From: Roseibacillus sp. | GTDB lineage: Bacteria; Verrucomicrobiota; Verrucomicrobiia; Verrucomicrobiales; Akkermansiaceae | Length of the DNA: 64,000 nt | Reading direction: 5' to 3' | Assembly: GCA_051251855.1 (NCBI GenBank) | Contig: JBPOGI010000006.1 | Location: 128,001 to 192,000 of the forward strand | Shown: positions 54,577-64,000 of the stretch, piece after piece | Numbering within the stretch: position 1 is the stretch's first letter | Layout of the letters: each line of letters starts with the position of its first letter | Program-made: the position numbers and the translations under genes | The notes under the pieces: generated by a model | The model's database searches: none | The model's input: only the letters and a program-made list of their open reading frames with translations | What the model was told of the DNA's origin: nothing

Positions 54577-55317
54577 GTGAACCAAAAACAACGTCGCGTT
54601 TATATCCCGAAGAATTGGGAGTTGCCTGATACAATCTGGAATCGTCTAGGGCCTGAGCCGGGTCGTCAGCGTTTGATGGATGAGGAGGGGCATCTCTTGT
54701 TGATTTTGCATGCGGTGCCCAATGCCTCAGATGACGAGGTGCGCAGAGCAGCTCTCTTTTGGCGCAAGCCAGATGGGAGCTGGAAAAGTGCGCCGGAGCC
54801 GGGAGGGTCGGGCGCTTTGGAGGAACACTTGAAAGGTTACCGAACGAAGATTCATGGCTTAGACAGCGAGGTGGAGAAGGCGACGGGGCCGAAAGAGTAT
54901 TTTGCGATTATGCAGGAGGTGCAGCCTGTCTTGCGGTCAACGCGCCACTTGTTAGAGGTGTTGCAAGCGGCTCGGCAAGCGCGTAAGGATGAGGCGGCGC
55001 TGATTGGCTTTCGTGATGAAGCAGCAGGGCTGGAACGTGGGGCTGATTTGGTGGCGGGAGACGCCAAGGCGGGAATGGACTTCTCGCTGGCAAAGTCGGC
55101 CCAAGAGCAGTCGGAGGCAACGCACCGGAGTAACTTGGAAGCAAGCCGATTGAATCGATTAGTAGCCTTCTTTTTTCCTCTGGCGACGCTGGTTTCGTTC
55201 TTCTCAATGAGCGATGCAGGATTGGTGTTGGGAACGGTAAGCAATTGGGTGGTGGTGGCACTCGGGATTGTCTTCGGAGCGATCGTGCTGGGTCTAGTGA
55301 CTCGAGGGAATAAGTAG
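54577..55317 (+). CDS. Hypothetical membrane protein, CorA-like C-terminus
   Basis: Helical body ending RLNRLVAFFFPL plus two TM helices. Confidence 0.65.
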   Translation: MNQKQRRVYIPKNWELPDTIWNRLGPEPGRQRLMDEEGHLLLILHAVPNASDDEVRRAALFWRKPDGSWKSAPEPGGSGALEEHLKGYRTKIHGLDSEVEKATGPKEYFAIMQEVQPVLRSTRHLLEVLQAARQARKDEAALIGFRDEAAGLERGADLVAGDAKAGMDFSLAKSAQEQSEATHRSNLEASRLNRLVAFFFPLATLVSFFSMSDAGLVLGTVSNWVVVALGIVFGAIVLGLVTRGNK

Positions 55318-55887
55318 TTGGTGGCTGTTGTTGGCGAATGCTTCGGTGAGGATTGTGGGGCTGAGTTTGGGCGCGAGAATGCTTCCTTGATGGAGGAGCC
55401 CGTGGCGGGTGCGGCGCTGGGCCGCGCCAGCAATTTTTCTTCGAGTTTGTGGGTCAATGATGTCGCCGGGGACGGGGTGCTCGAAGCAGGCGGGGCTTTC
55501 ACCGATTTCTTGGGTGACCAGAAGGTTCTCTATTCCTGCAGAGGTAAGGGCAAGGTGGATGATGTGGTGGATGCGCTGGTAGCTCCTTGCTCGACTGGTT
55601 TTGGCGAGAGGGTGAGCTTTGGGAACGAGAAGAGTGTAGGTGAGGTCTTGGCGATGGTCGACGATGCCTCCGCCGGTGGGGCGTTTGACGAACTGGAGTT
55701 CTTTGTTAGGGAAGTGGGTAGACGCTTCCTCTTCGGTTTGAAAGAAGCCGTAGCTAACCCAGTCGCCGGCCCATAGGTAGAGACGAAGGATGGGTCCCTC
55801 CTGGAGACCCTCTAACAGGTCCAAGTCCCGCTCCATGTTGTCAGGGCCCGAGGCAGGAAGATCTTGAATGACTTGGAGATTTTCGAT
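55294..55887 (-). CDS. Lipoate-protein ligase family protein (start uncertain)
   Basis: GPDNMERD, LRLY.W, RPTGGG.VDH..DLTY, CF, KIAGAAQRR, LHQGS. Confidence 0.85.
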   Translation of the reverse strand: MENLQVIQDLPASGPDNMERDLDLLEGLQEGPILRLYLWAGDWVSYGFFQTEEEASTHFPNKELQFVKRPTGGGIVDHRQDLTYTLLVPKAHPLAKTSRARSYQRIHHIIHLALTSAGIENLLVTQEIGESPACFEHPVPGDIIDPQTRRKIAGAAQRRTRHGLLHQGSILAPKLSPTILTEAFANNSHQLLIPSSH

Positions 55888-55932
55888 GACTCATTCATCA
55901 TAAAGAGCACGGGGAGGGCAAAGCTTTTCTGT

Positions 55933-56160
55933 TCAGCGATACCAGACCACGGTCTTGGCGGAGGTCGAGCAGTGGAAGGTCTCGATTGTGAGGACCTCGA
56001 TATCGCGACGGATGTTGATCCAATCCTGCGCTTTTTTCTGTGCCTGATCGATGAGGCCGTAGTCGATGATTACGTTACCGGCACGGAACTTCACGGCTTC
56101 CATAAAGATGGCGCGTTGCATTGGTTTGGGTATGGGAGGGGGATTCGGCATCCCTGCCAT
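55933..56160 (-). CDS. Small hypothetical protein translationally coupled to alaS
   Basis: Start overlaps the alaS stop (TAATG). Ends VVWYR. Confidence 0.6.
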   Translation of the reverse strand: MAGMPNPPPIPKPMQRAIFMEAVKFRAGNVIIDYGLIDQAQKKAQDWINIRRDIEVLTIETFHCSTSAKTVVWYR

Positions 56161-58940
56161 TATGAAAGAAGTTTGGCTGTTGCCTGTTGCAAAAGCTCTT
56201 CCGTTTTGGAGCGGTCAGGGGCGGCGCCGCGGGCCATGTCGGGCTTGCCGCCGCCTTTGCCGCCGGCGAGGGGGGCGAGTTCTCCGATGAGCTTGCCCGC
56301 GCCGTGGCCGGCGTTGTTGCCGTCTTCGCCGCAGAGGGATCCGAGGTGAAGTTTGCTGCCATCGTCGACGATGAAGAAGGCGGCGTTGGTGAAGTGGAGC
56401 TTCTTGAGGCCGTTCATGAGTTCCTGCAGGAGGTTGGCCGGGCCTTCGAGAGCGTGGACCAGGTTGCCGGAGAGGCCTCCGTTTTCGGCGAGTTCGGCCA
56501 AGAAGGCATCGGCGGCGCGAGCGGCTCCAGCGGTTTGTGCTTTTTTGAGGGATTTCTCGGCTTCGACTGCGGCGGCTTTGGTGGAAGTCAGAGTCGCGCG
56601 AAGGAGAGGGAGGGATTGGTTGGCGGGCACGCTGACCTCGTTGATGGGGGCTTGGTCGAGAGCTTTGAGGGCTTCGTTGGCAGTGTTGAGTTTACCGTTT
56701 GCTTGCGCGATTTCTTCTTTGAGCGAAGAGACTTGTTCGTCAATGTAAGCTTCAGCAGCTTTGCCAACGGCGGCTTCGATGCGGCGAACTCCGGAGGCGA
56801 TGGCTTCTTCCTTCTTGATGATGAATTGGCCAAGTTCGCTGGTGTTGCGGGAGTGGGTGCCGCCGCAGAGTTCCATGGAGTAGCCGTCGAGGGCGAGGGG
56901 TTCGCCGCCGATTTGGACGACGCGGACGAGGTCGCCGTATTTGTCGCCGAAGAATTGCATGATATCTTCACGGCCTTTGATGTCGGCGTGGGGCACTTCT
57001 TGCCAAGAGACGGGTTGCGCGGCGGCGATGGCGGCGTTGACTTCTTCTTCGATGATAGCGATTTGGGCGGGAGTGAGAGCGGCCGAGGTGAAGTCGAAGC
57101 GCAGACGGTCAGGGGTGACAAGGGAGCCTTGTTGGGTCGCGTCGGTGGAGACCACTTTGTGAAGAGCCCAGTGAAGAAGGTGAGTGGCGGTGTGGTGAGC
57201 CTCGATGGGGCGGCGACGATGGGCGAAGACGCGGAGGGTGACTTTGTCGCCCACTTTGAGCTGGGCCTGAGGAGGGACGAGGTGGGCGCGGGCGTTGCCG
57301 ATTTGTTGAGTGCCGGAGACGAGGTATTCGGCGTCGCTGCCCTCGTGAAGCATTTCACCTTCATCGCCTTGTTGGCCACCCATTTCAGCGAAGAAGGTGG
57401 TTTGATTGGTGATGACGAGGAGTTTGTCGTCGGTGGGGTGAAGCTCGAGGATGGTGGCTTCGCACTCATCGTTGTCAAAGCCGACGAATTCAGTGGTGGC
57501 TTCGGACTTGAGGTCGAGGGCGGCAACTGTGGTTGTCTGTTGGCTGTCTTGTGAAAGCTTGCGAGCTTTATCGAAGAGGGTTTCTAGAGCTTCTTCGTCG
57601 AGTGTGAGGTCGCGCTCTCGGCAAAGGAGGGCAGTGAGGTCGATGGGGAAGCCAAAGGTATCGGAAAGCTTAAAAGCTTCTTCGGGGGGGAAGGCTGAGC
57701 CCGTTGCTGTATTAGCTACTTGTTCGAAGAGAGCGAGGCCGCGGTCGAGGGTTTGGTTGAAGCTGTCTTCTTCGCGTTGAAGGGTGGCTTTGACGGTGTC
57801 GGCTTTGGATTTGAGTTCGGGGAAGATGCCACCGAGTTGTTCGACTAAGGTGTCGACGAGGTCGGCTAGGAAGGTCTTTTCGCCAGAGAATCCGAGGTTG
57901 CGACCATATTTGACGGCGCGACGGAGGATGCGGCGGAGGACGTAGTTACGGCTGTTGTTGCCGGGGAGGATGCCGTCGGCGATGGAGAGGGAAAGAGTGC
58001 GGATATGATCGGCAATCACGCGGAAGGCGATGGCGTCTTCGAGGACGGCTTTGTCGGCGCCTTCGGTGTTGGGATAGACGTCCACGTATTTTTTGCCGCT
58101 CAGTTCCTCCAGCTTCTTAAAGAGAGGAGAGAAGGTGTCGGCGTTATAGTTCGTGGGCTTGTTCGAGAAGTCGGTGAAGCCTTTGGTGTTTTGAATGATG
58201 GCAACCACACGTTCGAAGCCCATGCCGGTATCGACGTGCTTGGAGGGGAGGTCGCGGAAGGTGCCGTCGGCTTCGGCGTTATATTGAATGAAAACGAGGT
58301 TCCAAATTTCGATGCAGAGGTCGCTGTCGGCGTTGACGAGGCTGCCCTTGGTGTCGCCATTGGGAGTCATGTCGACATGGAGCTCGGAGCAGGGGCCGCA
58401 GGGGCCGGTGTCGCCCATCATCCAGAAGTTGTCTTTGGCGTTGCCGTTGACGATGTGGATGGCGGGGTCGAGGCCTTTGGATTCGAACTTTGTTTTCCAA
58501 AAGTCGTAGGCTTCTTGGTCGAAGTGAGAGGGGTCACCTTCGGAGGGAGAGTAGACGGTGGCGTAGAGGCGTTCGGGGGGGAAGCCCCAGCGGTCGACGA
58601 GGAGTTCCCAGGCCCAGTCGATGGCTTCGGCCTTGAAGTAGTCGCCGAAGGACCAGTTGCCGAGCATCTCGAAGAGGGTGTGGTGGTAGGTGTCGTAGCC
58701 GACATCTTCGAGGTCGTTATGCTTTCCGCCTGCGCGAATACATTTCTGGGTATCGGCGGCGCGAGGGGGAGAGTAGGGAGCGGCTTGTTCACCGAGGAAG
58801 TAGGGAACGAAGGGGTTCATCCCCGCGTTGGTAAAGAGAAGCCCGGGTGACTGGGGGAGGAGGGAAGCAGAGGGCACGATGGTGTGCTGCTTCTCTTGGA
58901 AGAAATCGAGGAAGGATTGTCGGATTTCGGCGCTCGTCAT
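56160..58940 (-). CDS. alaS: Alanine--tRNA ligase
   Basis: FTNAGM, QKCIRAGGKHNDL, FEMLGNWSFGDYFK, DTGMG.ER, HTATHLL, ELCGGTH, GKGGG. Confidence 0.98.
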   Translation of the reverse strand: MTSAEIRQSFLDFFQEKQHTIVPSASLLPQSPGLLFTNAGMNPFVPYFLGEQAAPYSPPRAADTQKCIRAGGKHNDLEDVGYDTYHHTLFEMLGNWSFGDYFKAEAIDWAWELLVDRWGFPPERLYATVYSPSEGDPSHFDQEAYDFWKTKFESKGLDPAIHIVNGNAKDNFWMMGDTGPCGPCSELHVDMTPNGDTKGSLVNADSDLCIEIWNLVFIQYNAEADGTFRDLPSKHVDTGMGFERVVAIIQNTKGFTDFSNKPTNYNADTFSPLFKKLEELSGKKYVDVYPNTEGADKAVLEDAIAFRVIADHIRTLSLSIADGILPGNNSRNYVLRRILRRAVKYGRNLGFSGEKTFLADLVDTLVEQLGGIFPELKSKADTVKATLQREEDSFNQTLDRGLALFEQVANTATGSAFPPEEAFKLSDTFGFPIDLTALLCRERDLTLDEEALETLFDKARKLSQDSQQTTTVAALDLKSEATTEFVGFDNDECEATILELHPTDDKLLVITNQTTFFAEMGGQQGDEGEMLHEGSDAEYLVSGTQQIGNARAHLVPPQAQLKVGDKVTLRVFAHRRRPIEAHHTATHLLHWALHKVVSTDATQQGSLVTPDRLRFDFTSAALTPAQIAIIEEEVNAAIAAAQPVSWQEVPHADIKGREDIMQFFGDKYGDLVRVVQIGGEPLALDGYSMELCGGTHSRNTSELGQFIIKKEEAIASGVRRIEAAVGKAAEAYIDEQVSSLKEEIAQANGKLNTANEALKALDQAPINEVSVPANQSLPLLRATLTSTKAAAVEAEKSLKKAQTAGAARAADAFLAELAENGGLSGNLVHALEGPANLLQELMNGLKKLHFTNAAFFIVDDGSKLHLGSLCGEDGNNAGHGAGKLIGELAPLAGGKGGGKPDMARGAAPDRSKTEELLQQATAKLLS

Positions 58941-58982
58941 GTTGCGGGAGGTTTGAACATGAACTGGCGCGATAGAAAATGA

Positions 58983-59021
58983 AAAAGCGGCTCCGGTTGG
59001 GGGAACCGAGAGCCGCTTTTT
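58983..59021. terminator. Hairpin flanked by A and T runs (terminator after the small lipoprotein gene)
   Basis: aaaaagcggctc-cggtt..aaccg-agagccgcttttt. Confidence 0.75.
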
Positions 59022-59127
59022 CTAGTTTTGGGGGATTGGAGTAATGGGGATTACTCCCAATTTAATGGGAAAGATGGCATCATAGGTGGGGGCCTAAGGG
59101 GATGATGCCGGTGGGGAAGGTGGAGAT

Positions 59128-59346
59128 CTAGTTGCCTGTCACAACGCGACCAGCACTGGTGACGTCGTTCTTAACTGCGTTACCAACGTTCTTGGTGGTG
59201 TTGACAGTGCCTTCAGCTACATTGCCGACGGCGTTTCCAGTAGCTTTGACAGCGCCACCAGCAGCGTTTCCAACGGAGCGAGCGGTGTTGCAAGAAGCAA
59301 GAGCGAATCCAGCGATAGCGAGGGCAGAGATAGTAACTAATTTCAT
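59128..59346 (-). CDS. Small entericidin-like lipoprotein
   Basis: LASCNT lipobox and repeated GNAV motifs. Confidence 0.8.
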   Translation of the reverse strand: MKLVTISALAIAGFALASCNTARSVGNAAGGAVKATGNAVGNVAEGTVNTTKNVGNAVKNDVTSAGRVVTGN

Positions 59347-59436
59347 AATCTTATTTTGTTGTTGTGGTTGTTCCGAACCAGCAAACCTTAAGACAGACCG
59401 GAACGACCAAAGGTCACTTCAATTGAGAAAAAATTT

Positions 59437-60369
59437 TTAGGCGAGGAAGATTCGCGCATGCTTTCGATGAAGAAAGCGATTGCCTGGAAGGTTGAGCTTT
59501 GGGGGGCCTTCGGCAGAAATGAGTTGTAAAGAGTTGTTAACCAGTTTTTTGGATATCTGCTCAACTTTGTTTTGGCGGAGAAATTGTTCGAGGCAGGCTC
59601 GCTGAAGGCTTGGATCGAGTTCTCGGAGTTTTGGGAGAAAAAGCCGGCCCTGAGGATCCTTCAATTGGAGAGTTTCGAGAAAATTGGCCATGATTCGGCC
59701 GTTTTCACGGCTTATCTCCTCCGCATTGACAAGGGCGGGGACAATATCGCGCTGGAGGATCTCAGTGAGAAGGGGAAGGGCTTCGTGTCGCAGCCGGTTG
59801 CGGGTGTGGGCAGGGTTCTGATTGGATGAGTCTTCTCGAAAGGCAATGTTTCCTTCCTCTAAGTAATGATCGATGTCTTTGCGGCGGACCTTTAGGAGAG
59901 GGCGAAGAAGGACGAGCTTATCGAGGCCCACTTGGAATTCTGTTTCGGGTTCCATTCCTTTGATGCCTGAAGAGCCTCTTAGGAGATTGAAGAGGCAGGT
60001 TTCGGCTTGGTCATCTGCGTGATGAGCGAGGAGAATGCGATTGCAGCCGGTAGTGCGTGCAGTTTCGGCAAAGAGTCGATGGCGAGCGTTGCGGGCGGAA
60101 GTTTCAATAGATTCGCCTTTTTGCTCTGCGCGCGCGGCGACTTCGACTTTTTCTAAGGTAAGGGGGAGGTTGTGCTTCTTTGCAAGCTGCTCCACAAAGC
60201 TGGCATCGGCTTCGGATTCCTCCCCCCGAAGCTGGTGATTGAGGTGAACGAGGTGAATTTTGTGGAATCCATATTCAAGCAGTTGGTGGAGCAGGCAGAC
60301 TGAATCTCTGCCCCCAGAAATGGCGAGGAGATAGTTCTTTCGCGGAGATAACTGGGACCGATCGAGCAC
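59437..60369 (-). CDS. tilS: tRNA(Ile)-lysidine synthetase
   Basis: AISGGRDS, HLNHQLR, AHHADDQAET, RPLL, EDSSN, RNRLRH. Confidence 0.96.
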   Translation of the reverse strand: MLDRSQLSPRKNYLLAISGGRDSVCLLHQLLEYGFHKIHLVHLNHQLRGEESEADASFVEQLAKKHNLPLTLEKVEVAARAEQKGESIETSARNARHRLFAETARTTGCNRILLAHHADDQAETCLFNLLRGSSGIKGMEPETEFQVGLDKLVLLRPLLKVRRKDIDHYLEEGNIAFREDSSNQNPAHTRNRLRHEALPLLTEILQRDIVPALVNAEEISRENGRIMANFLETLQLKDPQGRLFLPKLRELDPSLQRACLEQFLRQNKVEQISKKLVNNSLQLISAEGPPKLNLPGNRFLHRKHARIFLA

Positions 60370-60460
60370 GAGTGTTATCCAATCAGAAGCGCCCCCTGAG
60401 AGACCAGCTGTAAATTTTGGTCGTGACTTAGCAGTCGATGGGACGGTCTAATGACCTGTT

Positions 60461-60745
60461 ATGACTACAGTTATTGCATGGATCGTGATGGGCCTTTTGG
60501 CAGGATGGTTGGGAAAATTGATCATGCCTGGTAAGGATCCGGGGGGACTGATGGTGCAACTCGGCTTGGGAGTGGCTGGGGCCTTTTTGGGGGGCTTTCT
60601 TTGGACCCAATTGACGAATGGTAAGATGGAGACGAGTGGTTTTCTGCCAGGTCTTGGGGACGTGCTGATCGCAACTGTAGGAGCTGTGATCTTGTTGGCA
60701 ATCTACCGCCTTATCAAAAAGAAGAAGGGCTCGACTAAAAAGTAG
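60461..60745 (+). CDS. GlsB/YeaQ/YmgE family membrane protein
   Basis: IAWIVMGLLAGWL...MPG, LGVAGAFLGG, ATVGAVILL. Confidence 0.92.
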   Translation: MTTVIAWIVMGLLAGWLGKLIMPGKDPGGLMVQLGLGVAGAFLGGFLWTQLTNGKMETSGFLPGLGDVLIATVGAVILLAIYRLIKKKKGSTKK

Positions 60746-60760
60746 TCAGTATCCGAATCT

Positions 60761-63220
60761 TTAGTCGAAAGATACTCGGAAGATGGGTGTCTCGCCGGGA
60801 GCGCTTGTCAGGGGCGCGTCGTCGGCTGGGACGGGAGGAAGTTCTTTGTCGACGGGCTCTTCTTCCGCTTCTTCTTCGGGAGTTGTTTCGCCAGCTACAG
60901 CCTCTTCGATTTCTTCAGGGGCGGTTTCGAGTGCTTCTTCGGAGGGAACGTCGGGCAGTTTTTCCTGAATAATATCGTCTTGCAGAGCGGGCTTTTTACC
61001 GTCGATGGAAATGATCTCGAGAACTTCGAGTCTAGCAGGCTTCTTTGTCTTGATGTCCTCTTCTTCGATGAGCTCGACTCGGAGAACGGCTCTAATGGCG
61101 GGCTTGCCTTTGTGTTTGAGCTCGGTGGATGCAATGGCTTCGGACAGAATCTCGAATTCGAATGAGTCTTTACGAACAACGCCAAGGGCTACGACTTCTT
61201 CTGTGAAGTTGTGAAGCTTGAAACCTTGGTAGGTCCCGAGGTCCTTCCCTCCCAGTTCTTTGCCATCTTGCACGTATGAGCGAATGGCTCCTTCGTCGAG
61301 TTCTTCACCGCTATCGAGAATAAGGGTCCCTTGCGCAAGGCCGAGTAGAGTGGCGTCTTCGCACTCTGCGAAATTTTTCCAGTCCACTTGGAAGGGCCCT
61401 TCACCCATTTTGACGAGAGGTAAGATACGCTCTTTGCCTTTGATGTCGTTGATGAGAAAGTCAATTTCGACCCGATCGTTCTCGAGAATGCGTCCTTGGA
61501 AGAGGCGCTCGATGGTAGGAGCGGTAATGGGCTCCCAGAAGTCGGTAAGGAGAGAGGGGTCGACGGGCTGAATCAGTGACTCGACATCTTCCTTGGACTT
61601 GGCTTGGAGAAACTGTGAGGCAACCTTTTCTGCTTCCGCGACACGCGCGTCGTCTTGTGGAAGAGGAATACCGCGGGCGGGGAACTCGACCAAGGGAGGA
61701 GATTTGGTGACGACTTCTTCTTTTCCTTTGAAGATGTCGGTGAAGAAGAAAAGAAAAGCTCCGATGGCTGCTAAAATACCAATGATGATGGCGAGAAGTG
61801 GCAGCGTCCGAGATTTTTCAGGCTCGGTAAGAAGGTCGCGTTGAGTGGGATCGAACGGGCTCGCTTGATGCTGTTCCTTGGCGGCGGCGATTTGCTGAGA
61901 CAGGCTCTTTTCGCTCTTCTGTTCTTTTTCGCCATCGGGTAGAGAAGCTGCTTCCGGTGTCTGAGTGGAGGGTGATGCGCCCTCGGGAGTTTCTTCGTCG
62001 GAAGGTGCAGATGGTTCTTCTAGCTCGGCTGCGAAAGGGTTGTCGATTTCGCAAGGTTCGTGAGTGAATTCCTTAGAGCCAAAGGGTTGAGGGGTAATGC
62101 CGAAGGGGCTGGCCTCTTTTTCCTGTTCGTTCTCTTCGCTCGTTTCTGCGATTGTGAAGGGCTCGTCCGGCGGGCCCTCGATGGTGAAGGGCGATTCATG
62201 CGCTGCCGAAGTGAGGAAAGAATCCTCCGAAGATGGGGTCGCTGGGGCCTCGGTCTCTAGCGGAGGAGGGGTGGGCTCGGGAGCCTTATCGAAGGCTGAA
62301 TCGTCAAAGGCTACTTCTTCAAAGGGTGAAGTTGTTACAGCTTCGGGAGGGGCTATTTCAGCGACTGGCTCAGCCACCTCGGGCTCGACATAGAGCGGAG
62401 GTTCAGGGAGAGGGCCGTCGATGAGGCCCGCTTGGTCAGAGCGTTCTTCGACAGGAATTGCCGGGACGGTGCCTTCGTCGGTGAACTGAGGGTCGATGTC
62501 CAAATCCTCCAAGCGAATGGGGATGAGGGGGATCTTGAGTGAACTAAAGGGAGTGGTGAAGAAGCCGCCTTCAGGAGGAACGGATTCGTCGAATGAAGAA
62601 AGTGGGCCCAAGGGTGTTGCCGTTGAGGCGACCTGTGCTTGCTGCTTGGGAGCGGGCATGTCGGTGACTGGCAGGGTGCGCTCCAACAGAGTTTGCTGAC
62701 CTATCTGGAGTTCCTGAATTTGCCCAAAAAGTTGTTTCTGACCCGAGTGAAGGGCCTTTTGTCCGTCGTGGAGAGTTTTTTGGCCATTATGGAGAGTTTT
62801 GTGAGCCTCTCCCTGGTCGTGTTGGTTAGCGCTGAGATTTTTTTGGTCGGCTTGGATGGCCTTTTGGCCTGCTCGTAGATCGTAGACTGCTTTCTGAAGA
62901 TCGCGAATAGCAGCGTAGACCGCAGCCGCGCTGAGATTTTCTTCAGAAGTAGAGGGGGAGCGTTCAGAGGTCCGCTTCGTGGCGCTGCGCGTGGTGTTGA
63001 TGTTGGGGCTCGGGGCTGGCTCCTTCACCTCGTCTTTACGAGGTGGGATGGCTGTCTTCCGAGCAACGGGTCCATTCTGTTTAACGGAAACAGCGACGCC
63101 CGGCATTTCGGCGGAGCGCTTGACCCAAGTGCCGCAATTACGACACTCAGCGATCTCGGATGGATCGTGAGTTCGAAAGGCAACAATGCGCCCGCAGTCT
63201 GCACAGCTCGCGTTGGTCAT
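60761..63220 (-). CDS. Hypothetical bitopic protein (Zn ribbon, coiled coil, acidic Pro-rich linker, TM, C-terminal domain)
   Basis: CADCG..CRNCG, GQK heptads, one hydrophobic helix. Confidence 0.75.
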   Translation of the reverse strand: MTNASCADCGRIVAFRTHDPSEIAECRNCGTWVKRSAEMPGVAVSVKQNGPVARKTAIPPRKDEVKEPAPSPNINTTRSATKRTSERSPSTSEENLSAAAVYAAIRDLQKAVYDLRAGQKAIQADQKNLSANQHDQGEAHKTLHNGQKTLHDGQKALHSGQKQLFGQIQELQIGQQTLLERTLPVTDMPAPKQQAQVASTATPLGPLSSFDESVPPEGGFFTTPFSSLKIPLIPIRLEDLDIDPQFTDEGTVPAIPVEERSDQAGLIDGPLPEPPLYVEPEVAEPVAEIAPPEAVTTSPFEEVAFDDSAFDKAPEPTPPPLETEAPATPSSEDSFLTSAAHESPFTIEGPPDEPFTIAETSEENEQEKEASPFGITPQPFGSKEFTHEPCEIDNPFAAELEEPSAPSDEETPEGASPSTQTPEAASLPDGEKEQKSEKSLSQQIAAAKEQHQASPFDPTQRDLLTEPEKSRTLPLLAIIIGILAAIGAFLFFFTDIFKGKEEVVTKSPPLVEFPARGIPLPQDDARVAEAEKVASQFLQAKSKEDVESLIQPVDPSLLTDFWEPITAPTIERLFQGRILENDRVEIDFLINDIKGKERILPLVKMGEGPFQVDWKNFAECEDATLLGLAQGTLILDSGEELDEGAIRSYVQDGKELGGKDLGTYQGFKLHNFTEEVVALGVVRKDSFEFEILSEAIASTELKHKGKPAIRAVLRVELIEEEDIKTKKPARLEVLEIISIDGKKPALQDDIIQEKLPDVPSEEALETAPEEIEEAVAGETTPEEEAEEEPVDKELPPVPADDAPLTSAPGETPIFRVSFD

Positions 63221-63374
63221 TAAATTAGGGGGGTCTGAAGAGCGATTAAGAGTTAGATTGTTAATATTCGGCAAGCTTCAATAGGTTCATACAATCCACG
63301 AAGTCTCATAATGAAGTCTTGCTTTAAGAGCTTCTGCGCTTGTTAAAAAAATGAGCGGCTTTAGATCGTCTCAC

Positions 63375-64000
63375 ATGTCCTTAGACCATCCCTTTCTCGC
63401 CGATGACTTCCTAATTCGCTGGTCCACTCTCACTGCTGACCAAGTGGCCCCGGATGTCAATTATGCCATTACGGAAGCTCAAGCTGCCATCGATGCTATC
63501 AAGTCCCTGCCCGCGGTTGAGCTCAGCTACGAAGGGACTTTCGGCGCATTGGAGGCTGCCACCGAACCTCTCGAGAGAGCGTGGGGGCGCCTCAATCATT
63601 TGGATTCGGTATCTAACAATGATGCTCAGCGCGCCGCTCTTAATGAGTTGCTTCCGGCGGTTTCGAGTTTCTTTTCTTCGATCTCGTTGGATGGAGATTT
63701 GTGGGAAAAGTTGAAGGCTTTTTCCGAGTCCTCTGACAAAGAAAATCTCTCTTCTGTGCAGCAGCGCTTCGTCGAGGAAACGTGTCATGATTTTATTTCG
63801 TCAGGAGCGGATCTGCCACCTGAGGCGAAAAAGCGAATGTCGGAGGTGTCTTCTGAGTTGGCCCTACTTACTCAAAAATTCTCTGAGCATGTGCTGGATT
63901 CGACCAATGCTTTCGAGCTCTACTTGAGCGATGAAAGCCGTCTAACGGGCTTGCCTGATAGCGCGAAGGCTGCGGCTGCGGAAGATGCTGCAGCGAAAGG
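63375..64000 (+). CDS. M3 family metallopeptidase (oligopeptidase A), 3' end outside window
   Basis: Hand translation MSLDHPFL...LERAWGRLNHLDSV...SGADL...KFSEHVLDSTN. Open to the window end and absent from the ORF track. Confidence 0.85.
   Translation, partial: MSLDHPFLADDFLIRWSTLTADQVAPDVNYAITEAQAAIDAIKSLPAVELSYEGTFGALEAATEPLERAWGRLNHLDSVSNNDAQRAALNELLPAVSSFFSSISLDGDLWEKLKAFSESSDKENLSSVQQRFVEETCHDFISSGADLPPEAKKRMSEVSSELALLTQKFSEHVLDSTNAFELYLSDESRLTGLPDSAKAAAAEDAAAK

Noticed and set aside
56187..58850. Long antisense ORFs opposite alaS, and likewise opposite trxB, asnB and ilvC
   Set aside because: Shadow frames from codon bias, with no recognisable motifs.

Overview
Bacterial chromosomal DNA, most consistent with a member of the Verrucomicrobiales (PEP-CTERM proteins, a lamin-tail/CotH secreted protein, secreted cyclophilins). 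Positions ~18,000-64,000 are mostly housekeeping and envelope genes: murI, PhoX, ilvC, MFS, fdhD, two cyclophilin-like proteins, a PhnCDE-like ABC transporter, GIDE/LemA, trxA, amidase, yicC, trxB, trpA, deoD, MarR, pgeF, ECF sigma/anti-sigma, alaS, tilS and a partial M3 peptidase. Positions ~730-18,000 are a heavily rearranged accessory region inside a polysaccharide-modification cluster (asnB, oxidoreductases, rfbC, truncated rfbB). It holds three type II toxin-antitoxin modules whose toxins each carry one in-frame stop codon. Two inserts are bounded by a diverged copy of the flanking gene's 3' end. A RAYT-type HUH transposase has a flanking (C/T)GTCCC motif that recurs at two gene-truncation points. 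A reverse-transcriptase remnant sits between a large palindrome and a PEP-CTERM gene. There are also an IS481 remnant, a truncated matrixin-PEP-CTERM gene, an HNH nuclease and several families of short palindromic repeats. All family assignments come from motifs recognised by eye; no database searches were run.
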